A DNA stretch of 64,000 nt from Octopus sinensis (taxonomy: Eukaryota), in NCBI RefSeq assembly GCF_006345805.1, contig NC_042997.1, forward strand, positions 67,828,001 to 67,892,000, in the 5' to 3' direction. Made by a program: the position numbers and the translations under genes. Positions 26,321-41,067 of the stretch are shown piece after piece. Under the pieces are notes generated by a model. That model saw nothing but the letters and a program-made list of their open reading frames with translations. It had not been told where the DNA came from and did not search any database. Numbering within the stretch: position 1 is the stretch's first letter; every line of letters begins with the position of its first letter.

Positions 26321-27689
26321 CATTGTTATTATAGAGATGGCGGCGAGCTGGTAGAATTGTTTGCATCTTATCCTTAATAAATATGGGTTATATATAAAAT
26401 ATATCCTTTAAAAATAGAAACCATATATTGCAAAAAATACTGTAAATATTTTTAAATTATTTCACAGAAATAGAAAGCGGAAACTGAGAAGAGCAACCGA
26501 GTTTTTTAATGTATAGACGGAGATAAAAAACTTATTAGAGGAGAAAATATGAGAAAATATGATCGTTTTCCCTTCAGGCAAAAGCAAAGGCTTTGATCAT
26601 ATGGGAATAAAAACTGGGGTGTGGTTTCGGTTTTTTAGGAAACAACAGCTACAACACGATATTGTAAACTGGTAGTTAAGACATTGGAGATTGTTAAGAG
26701 GATGAAGTGTTGGAATTAATTACATTTAATTTGAACCTTTAAAGTTCAGTGTGTGTGCGTGTGCGAATATATATAAGCAGTAAAAGTGTTCCATCCTGCT
26801 CTCATATCTGCAATCGATCGTCTCTGTTAATCAGTAATTAATTCCATTGACTTCAGGGGAAGTATTTTGTGGCGATCGTGCTCTTCACACGGCACCAGTA
26901 AAGTAAAAACTGGCACTTCGAGCTATAAAACTATCTTTTCAATAAATGAACGCACGAGTCTATACACTGTAATTTGAATCGCTTAAAACTGTGGCGAAAT
27001 CTACTTCGGATCATACTTGTCGATTTTAAATGGAATGATACATTGGAAAGTGTAGTGTAAGAGGAACTACGCTGGAAAATATGACAGAACGGCTTTGACT
27101 GGAACACCGCAGATCATATGGCTAGATCAGGGTCGATCAGAAACTGAACAATAATAGCAGAATTTACGGGCAGTATGTGATCTCTGACCTGTTAGAAAGA
27201 GCAACCAAATCTTCACTTGGATCATTTGTAATATTTACTTGACAAGAGTTGATAAGTACCAGCATTATATTAGTCGAGTCACTAGAGTATAGCACAAAAG
27301 TACAAACACTGGGTTTAAATTCAATAAAAATAATTTCCTTTGCAAGAAATAAAGAAAATATTTCTTGAAAGAAATCCGATACATTATTGGTATTTATTTA
27401 ACCGAAAAACTTAACGATTGTGCCATAAAATAAACATTATTCACTGAATTTCAATTGTCTTAGACATAACAACACACAAACATACTTATGTATAAATGTT
27501 GTGCGCGCGCGCGTGCCCGTGAGTGTCTGTCTTAGAAATTGATTGGCGTGCTGTGTTTTGTATGTCAGCAAAGTAATCTATGTCCTTGTGACCTTCCAGC
27601 TTTCAGTCTCTTACTATAGTTGCCTAACAGCAATGAGAAAGGGACAGCTGAGTGCATAAATCTTTTTCTACTATATATACCCTTTCCAG

Positions 27690-29100
27690 TCACTTGCCCT
27701 AGATAATATCTATTTGTACTGACACGGTAAGTGCCTGCAATTCCCAGCTAAATTTAGTAGGGATCAGAGGTGATCTGCCTCTCGAGATATAGTATGTAAG
27801 CCTACCGGCGTGCGAAAATTCTCAGCTATGGATTAAATAGTGTCATTGCCTTGTAGCTGCATTTAGTTTGAATAATGTTAGTGGAGTAAACCTTGGAAGA
27901 AAATCTGGAATGTAGACGTACAGTCCGTGTAATGCTGTTGCCAACACTATCCTTGCAGCTAGTGTAATTAATCTTTTCCCAAACATATTGGTTCTGCCTT
28001 TTCTTTCCATATTACCACTAAGAAAGTAAAGGGGATGATGATGCTGTGCCAACTAAAGGCCTCTATATCTTTATCCGTATAGTGCCTTTGGGTGGAATGA
28101 CGGTAACAAATTATAAACCTTCAGCGTATTGCTAGGTACCAGGGTTTTTACTTGAGGGTGGGAGATTTTATCTAACAGCAACAGCAGTTCACGTAGGTTG
28201 CTCTTCCTAGGGCAACACTGGATGCGGCTCCGGAAACATCAAATACAGTTGTTTCGTCTTAGGTTCTAAGAGCCGGCCTGTAGATCGAGGGGCTCCCAAT
28301 TCCAGCCATAATTCGCGGCACCACTTCATTGTTTCTTGACAATGAAGAAGAGATGGAAATCAGCAGGTGTGGCAGATTGATGGAGACAGCAAAAAGAGTA
28401 ATAAAATAAAATAAAATAAAAGAATCCGAAGATAACGTAAAAAATGCACGAGAAGTTCATCTCCCCACTACGACAAACTGAAATTCTTAATTTTTAGCAA
28501 AACAAACTGCTAGAACTACTAAATGACCTCTTGAGTGTAGCAATGTGTTGAGAATGAGATGGAGTCCGCCTTTATAGAACGTCCAAATTATAAACTTCTT
28601 GTGAGAACCACAAATCACTATGGACTGTTACTGTGCAATTTAATAGAGGATATTGATGGGTGGGAGATTTAAACTGTGTCCGGCATCAAGGAAGTTCACG
28701 AGAAATTCCGGTTCTAAACATGTTGATGAGTGACTGAAGAACTGTGTCAATCACATTGATGGCTGAGCAGATATTAAATTCATATTACCAAATAATAATT
28801 TAATATCGTTATATTTGGTCCACCAGTAGAATGCTTTCAAAACATTGCTAAAAATTATGTAGGGTATTGCTGTTTGCGTATGCCCTAATTTTGGAAGCAT
28901 ATTGATTTGTAATATGAATCTGAATAGATAATAGCTGGATACGAGAACGTATTTCATTGAAACTCAGAGACGTAAATGATACAATCATCGCTGGCATGAT
29001 TTGTTGATGACTTCTTAAAATTTGAATGCAATATGTTGTTCTCTTAAATAAAACACGCACGATGTAAAGGCCGTTCTGATCGAGTTTCCGTTGTCATGAC
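27690..29100 (+). pseudogene. LRR receptor remnant (LRRNT, LRRs, LRRCT, further LRRs)
   Basis: LNLVGIRGDLPLEI*YVSL (LRRNT-like); LRQTEILNF*QNKLLELLNDL; MDCYCAI and GDLNCVR..EIPVLNM (LRRCT-like); LPNNNLISLYL; 28890-29050 is homologous to the module at 30910. Confidence 0.55.
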
Positions 29101-29715
29101 AACAGCCGATGTTTAACTTTAAATTATCTATGACACATCGTCTAATATTTGCCTAAGCGAAGACTTCTTTATTAAATCCTGAAGGATGTATTAAATGTAT
29201 TAAATCCTGAAGGATGTATTTCCTTCATAATCTACTTTATCTTCCTTACATAAAACACGGTTTTATGTAAGAAACTGAATGATAGAATAAGTAAATCAGT
29301 GGACAAAATGCTTTGTGGGATAAATCAGAAGACGAATCGGTTTGTTGTATAAATCTACATCATTTATATTCTAATTTCAAATTCGGTTTGGGCCAAATTT
29401 AGCGTTGAGTAGTGGTATCTTCCAAATGTGGGCCTATGGCTAACTTGGAACTCGTTATTACTTTTAATAAATCTGTACATGCCTTGATAGAATAGAAGAT
29501 TCCGTCTGCATATGTAATTATTAATTACAGATCTTATACTGGATAAAACCGGATAGGATACAGCAGTTTTACGTCAAAGTTTTTCAGCGAATCACATTCT
29601 TCCTTACGATTCTCTCCGATACACACATACACATACGCACGCATACACACCTACTTGTGAACACACTCAGGTGCACTCCTTCTCTGACATACATACATAC
29701 ATACATACATACATA

Positions 29716-29912
29716 CATGCTTAGCGGTATTTCGTCTGCCGTTACGTTCTGAGTTCAAATTCCGCCGAGGTCAACTTTGCTTTTCATCCTTTCGGGGTCG
29801 ATAAATTAAGGACCAGTTACGCACTGGGGTCGATATAATCGATTTAATCCGTTTGTCTGTCCTTGTTTGTCATCTCTGTGTTTAGCCCCTTGTGGGTAGT
29901 AAAGAAATAGGT
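29716..29912 (+). mobile_element. Family A SINE, long-tail form
   Basis: Core plus tail aatccgtttgtctgtccttgtttgtc...gtagtaaagaaatagg. Confidence 0.85.
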
Positions 29913-30236
29913 GGAAGACTTATAACGAATGTTGCAACCGAAAGGAAAGTTAAACAGAAGCCAAAAAAAAAAAAAAAAATTTAAACGTTTGTCTTTACCA
30001 TTTACATGTTTCAGTCATTAGACCGCGGCCAAAATCTTAAGTCGTTTTCATTGTTGCTATTTTTTTCGCTCCATATCAGTCTTGAATACACATAGTGAGA
30101 TATGCACAAACATGCAAACGAACGAAGGATATTATTTTACGCTTGACATAACCAAGCCCACAGCTAGCAAACTGTTACTCACTATAATTTTGTTATTGAT
30201 AATACAGTGTTTGAAAGAAGTTTAGGAAACAAAGAG

Positions 30237-30303
<67 letters not shown>

Positions 30304-30399
30304 AGACAGAATCACGCGCATCTGTTAACACACACTTAGAAATAGAGATGTACACTCACGAAGAAATTTCAATTAAAAAAATAACTGAGTAACATTTCC

Positions 30400-31650
30400 T
30401 CTTTTCTGTATCCACAGTCGGATGCAGAGCTCGATTTTGTTCAAATTTTCTACACCGGTGTAATTTTGTAGTTCAATTACAATAATCTTCATTTGACATA
30501 TATTTAGAAATGTACAACTCGTCAAAGTTTGAAATTTTATCCAAGGGGAAGTATGTATTACAGACACACCGGATGTCACAATTTTCCTGTTTTAAACGGC
30601 AAGAAAAGGAAAAGAGTACGAAAACTTGAAAGTTGTTTTTTTTCTCTTCTGATAAATAAAAGAATTTAATGACTACATGTGCACGAATGAATTTTATGCA
30701 GAATTAACTTCATTAAAGAAAACGTTACCAGACACATTTAAAAATGAAACAAATTTAATGAAGTAAAAATGAAAACTTTACTGAACCTTTAAACATAATA
30801 AAATATGCAATGAAAAGTACCGACATAAAAGAAAAGAAAATAAGTCAACGACATTGAAATTGTCCTATCCTTTCTGTTTTTGGATGTTGTAAAATCCGTA
30901 CTTTTGCCACCATTTGATCTTGCAGAGATACGAGTCGATCCAAGAACCATGAGTACCATAGCGACGTATATTTACCAGTTTAGGGCATCTGAATAGATAA
31001 TGAATATTGGAACTTATTTCTTTGAATTCCAGGGAGATGTAAATGACACATCTGGTATGATTTGACGATAATGACGTCTTCATATCTTGCACTACAATGT
31101 AATATCGTTTTATTTTCAGCAAAATGTAACGCGCATTCTGATCTCGTGTTAGTCGCCATGACAGCAGTTGATGCTTAACTGTAAAATATCAATATGTAAT
31201 ATTTGCATTAGAGAAAACTTCTGATTCTTCATGGAGTAGATAAAATTTCCTGCAGGTTCTCCTAATATCTCGCTGGTATACATCTTGGTAAAAATTTATC
31301 TTTGAACTTATACGACTCTTAATACTTCTTGTCATCTATTTCACTTTATCGATATCGTATAAAATTTTACATTTCTATTCTGTGGTCAACATTCAATGCA
31401 ACCAGAAGCATTTAATATAACCATGGTATACGTCCTGTATAGATATGTTTACCAAAAACCTGTTATAAATAATTACTGTTCACCAAAAACATCAAGAAAT
31501 CATAACTATGATAATTACACCTTTATCATGTATGAACACCATACAGCTAAACTCTTCAGAAACTTCATAGTAGATCTTGTAATCTCTGATTTGTTTTTAA
31601 GCCGATCACACATCGGTAACACGGAGGAACACAGAATTTGGAACATGGAA
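30400..31650 (+). pseudogene. Tandem paralogue of the signal-peptide/LRR module
   Basis: Shares ttttgttcaaattttct, gagatacgagtcgatc, ggaacttatttc..gatgtaaatgacac, ggtatacatcttggtaa blocks with the copies at 37.5, 42.3, 45.1, 47.8-49.2 and 50.0 kb; YLAGIHLGKNL. Confidence 0.6.
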
Positions 31651-31959
31651 CATTAGACCTGTTTTTAAGTAAAGTTTGGTTGCTGGTTCTATATATTCCA
31701 GTTTTTCTCTGTCAGCTCTGGTTATTGAGATATGTTATACTCCTAATTGCTATGTATACAACCGGGCACAAGGCTGGATCAGGTACAATGACTGATGAGA
31801 AAAAAATCATAATTGTTGCCCTTTGGGTAAAATATGGCTTCATACAAGAAGAATACGCTTATTTATGATTAAATTATACACATGGAATCAGATAATGGTG
31901 AAACGAGCGTAGAAAGTTATCTATGATACAATATTCATTTATTCAGACGTCTCACGAAA

Positions 31960-32580
31960 GCGGCATTTCAGAGACTTTTTTTATGTTGAGCTTCACCAAG
32001 TCAATCACGTCGAATGGTCAGACAGTAATCCGACATCATATGGGTATCCTAGTGCTCATCAATGTCTTTCTTCCCTTTTTCGCCCTGTTAATTAGGTCTC
32101 CACGTTCGCCTGGGAAATGATCCAAATGGCTAAGTTGATGGAAAGAAGAGAGAATGTTCTTCACTAGTTCAGAGTAGTTATCTGTTGTATGACTCCTAAG
32201 AAAAATTCTTATAACCAGGGTAAACGAAGATCATGTATCTGCCTCAGCTTTGTACACTGTCTCTTAGAAAAGTGGGTCTTTCATGAATTTCCCGATTTGT
32301 GGCCCGTCGAAAATATCTGCCTTTTATCGTTTCCATACTCAAGCGCTGTAAATTTTCTGCATTCATTATCAAAGCGTTCCACAATATTTTTCTTTAAACC
32401 TAGTTTGATGTTCAGTGGTGGTAAAATGATTTTATCTCTGTCTAGCAAGGTTCTGAGATTACATTCTTTTATCCAACAACCATGAATTCTCTCAGGGGAC
32501 GTTGCTTTCGCGTACTTAGATCTACTATCACAAAGACAAAAAAGCAGCAGTAATTGTTGTGTCTATTCTGCTGACCCAGG
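31960..32580 (-). mobile_element. Chapaev/Transib-like (CMC) transposase fragment
   Basis: LLDRDKIILPPLNIKLGL; IF.GPQIGKFMKD; NFLG..NYSELVKNIL; HLDHFP; MMSDYC. Family name is from memory of these motifs. Confidence 0.6.
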
Positions 32581-32807
32581 AAAAAAAATTCACCATCTTA
32601 AGACCCACGCAGATTAGCCATTGGTGATCGTAGTATGATATTTTCTTTAAAACTAGGGCAATTGTTTACTGCTATTCAATCGTCATAGTTGAAGTGACCA
32701 TTTGGGATTGATCCACATTTATTGCTATTGAAAAGAAACACGAATTTTAAGCTTCATTTAGAAATATATATGAAATCCGCCATTCACTTAGTTCATATTT
32801 TGATATA

Positions 32808-33035
32808 CAGTAATCCCTCGCCATACCGCAGTTCACCTATCGCAGTTTATTATTTAAGCTTACGTCGATTCCTCTGCGGTATGGTTTTGCATTTATAATA
32901 AAATAAATATATGCAAATTATAAAAATAATAAAACAAAAATTTACATTACAGTGCTGTTTCTACTTCGCGGATATGTTCACCTATCGCGGGAGGGGGTTT
33001 GGAATGTAACACCCGCGATAGTCAAGGGGTTACTG
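32808..33035. mobile_element. Tigger/pogo-type MITE
   Basis: TIRs cagtaatccctcg / caaggggttactg; TA at 32806-07 and 33036-37. Confidence 0.85.
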
Positions 33036-33546
33036 TACCCACTTTCGTTAGCAAGCCATGAATATCGTTGCAAAAAAATAAAAAAGAATTTTCCTCCGTG
33101 AAGAGTAGTAAATCCATTTTTCTTTGCGATACGTACATTTAATGATAGTGCATTGTCTCAAAAACTAGAGCCGCTAGAAAATGAAGGTCTCATTTCTTAT
33201 TCAGTGGCGTGAATACACCCAGATTCTGGTCTAAAATCTGAGGTGTATTTTCTTCTTAGATATAATCTACGGGATAATAGACATTGAAATCAGTTAAATA
33301 TTTAATGAATAAAATATTAAAATCCTTGTATATTCAGATATGTTGTAAGGAATATTAATTCATTACCAATTTCTTTTACTACGTATCTGAATATATTTTC
33401 ATATTTTTCTATTTTCAGTTTGAAATCTCACCAAAAATATTCTATATTTCAGTATTTCTCATAGTCTACATCAACTGATGTTAGAAATAATGTAAAACTG
33501 TGTCAAAATACATTTATAACTAATCACTAATATTGCAAAAAGATTT

Positions 33547-33735
33547 AAGGCGGCAAGCTGGCAGAATCGTTAGCACGAAGGACAAAAATGCTCAGCGACA
33601 TTTCGTTCGCCTTTATGTTCTGAGTTAAAATTCCACCGAGGTCAATAAGTACCATTTGAGTATTGGGGTCGATGTAATTGACTTACCCCTCCACCGAAGT
33701 TGCTGGCCTTGTGCCAAAGTTTTAAACCAATATTA
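33547..33735 (+). mobile_element. Family A SINE
   Basis: ggcggcaagctggcagaatcgttagcacg head; core partly deleted. Confidence 0.8.
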
Positions 33736-33812
33736 CAAAAAAATTAAGGTAGTGGCATCTAAAATTAATTTGTATTTTGCTTGTAGTTACAACTGGAAAG
33801 GTAGATATAGAG

Positions 33813-33907
<95 letters not shown>

Positions 33908-34952
33908 TTGGGTTGTACTTTAATTTACTAACACGGAAAGTGTAAAAGGCAGAAGAGTGCCCACGGTGGTATTTAAGGTTCAGAACGTGATGAGTTGGAA
34001 TAAACACAGCAAGGCAATTAATCTTATGCTTTAATAATTCTGTCAAGACAATCAATAATTTATACCAGAAACACAAGGCCTGAAATGTTTTGGAGAGGAT
34101 GTTAATCGATGAAATCTACTTCGTGTGGACTTGGCTGGTTCATTCTTCTATTGACCTCGGATCTATTAAAGGCAATGTAGATTTCGGCGTAGGTGGAACT
34201 CAGAATGTAAAGAACCGCAAAAGAAAATATGTCCGATGCTCTAACGATTCGGATACGGAAATGTAACGAATGTTATGTTTAATAATCAAGATTGAACCCA
34301 CTATATCTAACAGATCTGCAGCTGTTGTTTAGATCAAGGTCAGTTGTAAGTGAGCAGATATATGATCAAAAGATTACCAGCCGTGATTATCTAGTATTTT
34401 TTCCTGTTCATAGCATGTCTCAGTCATGTTATCTTGTGTGTGTTTCTTTTCTAAGCTAGATGTGAGAGATTTGATAGTTTCTTGCAGATCGAGCGACTGG
34501 GTGGAGGCTCCTTCACTCGTCCAATGCAAGGATGCATATAAAACACTACACTACTTGCTATCATTAGTTACATTAATAATGTTCATGCCCTGCACAGCCA
34601 ACGTTTCTCTCTCATTCTTCAGGGGACAGAGTAGATAAATCAACAGACAAACTAGCTTGTGATATAAATCAACACCATTTATGTTCTAATATCAAATTCT
34701 GTTAGGTCCAACTTTACATTTGATCATTTCACTCTCACTAAAATAAATATCAGTAACGTTTTCCTAAATATGACCTTATGGTTAACTTAAGAATAATTCT
34801 CATTACTACTAAATATTTAGATACATTAACTGAATCTATTATTTCGTCTGTATATGTTACTTTTAAGCTAAAGATAAAAACCGGAAACGAAAGTAGAGTT
34901 ATATCTTACAGTTTTTCCTTCGAAAGTAATTACTCATCACGATTAACTCTGA

Positions 34953-35063
<111 letters not shown>

Positions 35064-35904
35064 CATTGATGATGTCATAATTTACTCAAACGGTTTCAAG
35101 GAAGTAGAATCGAGTTGGTCATATTAAATTGAAATAACATGAACAATTCATCGTTATTGTTGTTTTTTGTTATGTCGTATTCCAGTCTGAAGCAAGATGA
35201 CGTAACAAAGAGAGACGTAACAAAACCACAAACTCATGAAGAATATTATTATTTCTCCGTAGTAATAATCTAGGCTATATCTAGGGAACGGTTACAAACC
35301 ATCATTTTTCCATCGAGAATACGTTGTATAAAAGAAGGCCTGGATACGAAGACACAGAGAGACATACACAGTATAAACACACACACATGTATACAGAGAT
35401 ATATACACACTATGATATACTTTCACTAAGACGTGCACACACGAAGATAGCACATACAGACAAAAAATACTTCAGTAACATCCGCCCAGAAATTTTACGT
35501 CCATAGCCGTACATAATAATCTATCGGACCTTATTCTTTTCGATTAGTCGATCGAACCATCCATCTTCTCTACCCGCTATTCTTAGGAGAATCGTTGTGG
35601 GTATAAGGTATTCAAGCATTTCCTCCATAGGATCCTATCGAAAACAACTCTCATAATCTTAGTATTTCATTTATAGTGAATAGGCATGCTAGAAAAGAAC
35701 TCTTCATTTTCGTCATCGTCGCGTTCCTCCTCCTCCCCTCCCCTCCCCCTCCTCCATCCCTCCTCCTCACCACCACCACCATCATCACCATTGATTGGAG
35801 CTGGTAAGCTGGAGAGCTGCACCAGGCTCCCGTCAATTCTAGTGGCTATTGGAAAGGTAGATATGGAAATTTCAATAGCAGATTTGGAAAAATAATTGTT
35901 TCTA

Positions 35905-36305
35905 GTACAGGCTCAAAGTCTTATTTGTATAGGAGGGGGATTAGTCGATACCATCGAGCCCATATTACACGAGTGGTACTTTTATATTACCAAACCGGAG
36001 AGTATGCAAGGCATGGTTGATTCCGGCTGCATTTGAAGTCAGAACATGAGGTGCCGGAATATTACTGCAAGGCTCTTGTCGAACACTCTAATGATTCTTC
36101 CTCCCTAATCGTTTCTAACATAGGCACATGGCCTGAAAGTTTTTGGGGGTAAGTTGTTAGTCGACTAAATTTGCTTCGTTCTTGACTGGTACATAATTCT
36201 ATCAACCTCGGGTGGATTGAAAGCAAAATTGACCTCGGAGTCATTTGAACTCAGAATGTAAAAGTACTGCAAATTGTTTTATCCGACGCTCTAATGAATC
36301 TGACT
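35905..36305 (-). mobile_element. Two old family A SINE copies
   Basis: Reverse-complement core (tttgaactcagaatgtaaa; ttagtcgat). Confidence 0.6.
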
Positions 36306-36446
36306 TGGAAATTTAATGGAAGTTATATTTAAATAACTAACATTCAACTCAATATGCTTAATAAATCTGTAGCTGTTGCTTAGACGGTCAGTTATAATCG
36401 AGCAAATCTATGATCAAAGCCTTTACTACCCCGACCATCCATTCGC

Positions 36447-37040
36447 ACGCTGCATTTCGTCCGTCTTTATGTTCTGTGTTCAAATTCCGCCGAGGTTGAC
36501 TTTGCAGTTCATCCTTTCGGTGTCGATGAATTAAGCACCAGTGAAACACTGGGGTCGATGTAATCAACTTATCCCTTCCCACCAAATTTCAGACTTTTTG
36601 TCTACAGTAGAAAAGATTATTATTGCTGCTGAAGGCGGCGAGCTGGCAGAAACGTTAGCACGCCGGGCGAAATGCTTAGCAGTATTTCGTCTGCCGCTAC
36701 GTTCTGAGTTCAAATTCTGCCGAGGTCGACTTTGCCTTTCATCCTTTCGGGGACGATTAAATAAGTACCAGTTACGCACTGGGGTCGATGTAATCGACTC
36801 AATCCGTTTGTCTGTCCTTCTTTGTCCTCTCCGTGTTTAGCCGATTGTGGGTAGTAAAGAAATAGGTATTTCGCCCGTCGCTACGTTCTGAGTTCAAATG
36901 CTACCGAGGTCGACTTTGCCTTTCATTCTTTCGGGGATGGTAAATTAAATACTAGTGAAACACTGTGGTTGATATAATCGTGTATTTCCTCCCAACTACC
37001 ACAAATTTCAGGTCTGGTACCTATAGTAAAAAGGATTATT
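36447..37040 (+). mobile_element. Family A SINE cluster including a long+short dimer (36634-37040)
   Basis: Full head at 36634; the long tail ends aaatag at 36865 and restarts at gtatttcg. Confidence 0.85.
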
Positions 37041-37322
37041 ATTAGTCTTATATTTTCACATATATTAACGGAAAACATGATTCTGTGTATATTTTCTTCT
37101 TGCTTGTACTGGAGAGAACAGGGAAGCAAAATCAGTTTTATATTTCAATATTTTTTCTACATCTTTTTTCTATATTTGGTTTGCAAGATTCTTTATGACT
37201 CTCCCTTGACACTACAAAATTTGTTTTTTTTTCTTCGAAAGTAATTACTCGTTACGATTCACTCCGAAGCACACGCACTCACGTACACACACAGGCGCGC
37301 ATGCACACACACATACTTACAC

Positions 37323-37365
<43 letters not shown>

Positions 37366-37509
37366 TACATATATAAGTTTACAGAATACACAGCCGTTGA
37401 TGACAACATAATGTTGATTTACATTTACTCACTTCAACGATCGGCAAGGAAAGAAAATTGAAGTTTACATTGATATCAGCTGATATAGTCGTAGTTGTTC
37501 TGCGCCATT

Positions 37510-38130
37510 ACAACGAACTTGCAGAGATGCGAGCCGATCGCCGAAGAGTGAGTACTACAGACACCGTTTATTTACTGGTTTAAGAAATCTGAATTGGTAA
37601 CAAACATTGGAACCTATATCATCTGTGAACTCCAAACATATGTAAATGACACGATCAACTCTGGCACGATTTAACGATAATGACCACAATAACTACAATG
37701 TAGTCTTAATACTTACAATGTCATATTGTGTTGTCTTTAGCACAATGCAATGGTCTTTCTAAGCACGTGTCTGTCGTCATGGCAACATTTGATGCTTTCA
37801 ATTAACTGAAAAAATATCTATGACCTCTAATAATTTGCTTCAGTGAAGAATTCTTTATGAACCATACAAAAAAAAAAAAAAGAAAAAAAGAATTGAAACG
37901 CTTTTTAATACCTCATTGATCACAGGAATTGATAAGATTCTCTGGAGGTTTCCCTAATATCTCACTGGTATAGACCTTAGTAAAAAAGTCTTCTCTGCTC
38001 TCATTCAATTTTTAATATATTTTGTCATATATTTCATTTCCTCGATATGGCGTTAAGTCTTACATTTTTATTTTTGTGGTCAACATTAGAGATTTTTTTT
38101 AAATGAATGGTGCTCTTGTTGAATGAACAA
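37510..38130 (+). pseudogene. Tandem paralogue of the LRR module
   Basis: ELAEMRADRRRVSTTDTVIFTGLRNLNW*QTLEPIS fits an LRR (xFxGLxNLxxL); downstream ggtatagaccttagtaa block. Confidence 0.62.
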
Positions 38131-39155
38131 AGGACTAGACCGATACTGTGTTCAATCGACTTCAGAAGGATTAAAGAGAAAATTAGTCTAGGTAGTGTTT
38201 GAACTCAAGAATGTAAAGAACTGGAAAACAATACCACTACTAATTTTGTCGGATGCTCTAACGGTTCTGCCAACCTGTCAATTATTTATAGCATAGGCAT
38301 AATGCTTCTAACATTTTGAAGAAGGGGTTAGTCGATTAAATCGACTTCAATACCTGACTAGTAGCTAATTTTATCGAACCCTAGATGAATTATAGGCAAA
38401 GTTGACGCACATCGGCGGGATTTGAACTCAGAATGTAAAGAAGTGAAAAGAAATACTGCAAGGAATTTGTCATTTGTCTGACTCTCTAACATTTCTGACA
38501 AACAGTAACCTACAGATATGGAAATGTAATGAAAGCCATATTTGTTAATCTAGATTGTATTCATTATGTCTAACAGATTTGCAGCTGTTGTTTGTCTAAG
38601 TTCAACTGGAAACAAGCAGATTAACGATCAAAGGAATTCCAGACATGTCCATCCACTCTTTTTTTTCTTGATCACAGCACATCCAAGACCATGTTATGTA
38701 GCATGTTCTTCTGTAAGGTTGCAGTGACTGATTTGGTGAATATTTCACGGCTATTTCCAGTAGATGGTATGATTGTATGAATGCTTCATCACTGACTCTG
38801 ATGATAAATATTTCATGGAAAGCTGTATATAAAACACAACTCTACTTGCTATCATTAGATACACCAGCAGAAATACCGCCATCCGGGAGCTTTTCTGCTA
38901 GCTACTTGATAATATTTTCACATTTGATTCCAATTTCTAACGATTTTTATATTTTACGTCTAATTATTTCTTTGTATAATAGCGCTCAAGTTTGTTTAGT
39001 AAATATTGCTTTCATTATTTTATCACAGTCATAATCTCTCTTTTTTAAACAAACATTACGGTTGTCCAACAACAGAGGGAGAAGCAGTTTGTCAAGTTTT
39101 ACCATCCCCTCAAAGCAACATAGAGATTTCAATTTAGCATCCCATTTCTAAGTTT

Positions 39156-39245
<90 letters not shown>

Positions 39246-39299
39246 ATTGCAAACAATGAATGAAATAAACATGAAATGAAAAAATCGTATAAATATAAG

Positions 39300-40050
39300 G
39301 GTATTATTATAGATGTATACGCCCCCAACTTTGTTGCCTCATAACATCCAGAAAAATAGATACTTTTTAACAAAATTTTCTATAAATATTGCTTAGATGT
39401 TGCGGTTTCAGAGTATATAGGGATTTATTGGAAATAATTTTTACGAGGGGGGAGAGGGGAATTTCAGAAAATTCACACGATCTGACTTTTTGCCTCATAA
39501 CTTTCAGGAAGATGGTTATCTTTCAACGAAAATTTATACACATCCCTTTCAAACAGCATAGATTACGATTGTAAAGAAATTAGGGATTTCCCCTATTTTT
39601 TTAAAATCACAGCCTTCGAAATGATGAGGTTTTGAAAACTCTTTTTTTTTACACCCCTCCTTCATCATCCGGGCCTATTTTTATCGTATTAGTTTACCAC
39701 ACGTTGTTTTACACCTATTACACTTAAAAAAAGTTTTGTGATCGGGTGTCGAAGTCGGGTTATTGGATCGAGTGAATTTTCCGAGTCCGCACTCCACCCA
39801 CCCCCGTCACAAAAAAAAAATAGTGTAATAGGTGTAAAATAATGTGTAGTAAAAGAATATGAAAAAAAAATTTGCGCCGGCGAACGGGAAGTGGTGAGAG
39901 GACTCGGAACATTCCCGATGTGAATTTTCCGATACCCCACCCTGTTCGTAAGTGCGCATTTTTTTCGTCATATTCATTTACTACACGTTGTTTTACACAT
40001 ATAACACTAATTTTTCCCCATATTTTTGCCCGGGTCTGAAACTGGAGTTT
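39300..40050. mobile_element. Unclassified repeat-rich non-autonomous element
   Basis: Direct repeats ttgcctcataac..cag (near 39333 and 39490) and nested inverted repeats 39699-40009. Confidence 0.4.
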
Positions 40051-41067
40051 AACCGACTATCCTACCCTTTTCCTGGTCACAACATGTCTTAGACCATGTT
40101 ATATAGTATGTTCTTGTTTTTAATATAACGGTATGAGATTTGGCTGCTTTTTCTGGCAGATAGAGTGATTGCTTGGCGGTTCCAGCATTAGCTCGTCTTA
40201 CAAAACTCTACATGTTGTCATTAGTTATGTTAATCTGTTCGTATCCTGCCAAGTCGAAATTTCACTTTCATTTTTCAGGGATTAATTCAATACAATATAT
40301 CTGCCCAACAAAATTCGTTGCCTTAGGTCTATGTAAAGAACTGGTTGACAGAATAAATAAACAAACAAAGTGGCACTTCATTTACATTATAATTTCAAAT
40401 TCCCTTTCGGCTAGATTTAGCTTTGATTCTTTCTGTTTCAATTCAATGAATATCAGTAAAATCTATCCTTAAACGTGGATTTACGGCTAACTTAGAAATC
40501 ATTTTTGTTATAGCTAATTTTTTTTTACATGTATTAACGTAATTTATAACTCCGTCCATATTTCCGCCATGCTGTACAGCATATTGCATTGAATAAAACC
40601 GGGAAGCTATAATGCAAAGCAGTTTTATGTGCTAATGTTTTTTATTCGAAAGTGATTACTCGTTAGATTCACTCTGAAGTACACCCCCACACACATACAG
40701 TGTCACATGCGTAATACCAGTCTTCTCTCACATACATTCATACATACACACGTACACAGTCATTGATGATGTCATAATGCCGTTGTCTATTTACTCTATA
40801 TGAAAAAAGCATAGGTAATGACGACAAAAAATAGAGATACATATATAGATAGGTAGATAGATAGAGAAAGAGAGGGAGAGAGAGAAAAAGAGAGCGACGC
40901 ATACACTTATATACAAAGACGTATACGAACACTCATACTATTTCTTATAAACTAAAAGACATACGCAGGTATATGCATAGAAATGCCTACATGTGCCAAG
41001 AAATTTCAGGTAAAACACATTTCAGTAAATTTCCCTGTCCTACACTAAAAATCGTACATACAAACAT

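Noticed and set aside
30530-30910. The segment missing from the 45.27-kb copy as a spliced intron (retrocopy evidence)
   Set aside because: No consistent GT/AG at equivalent positions in the 30.5, 47.9 and 50.05 kb copies; a simple deletion fits better
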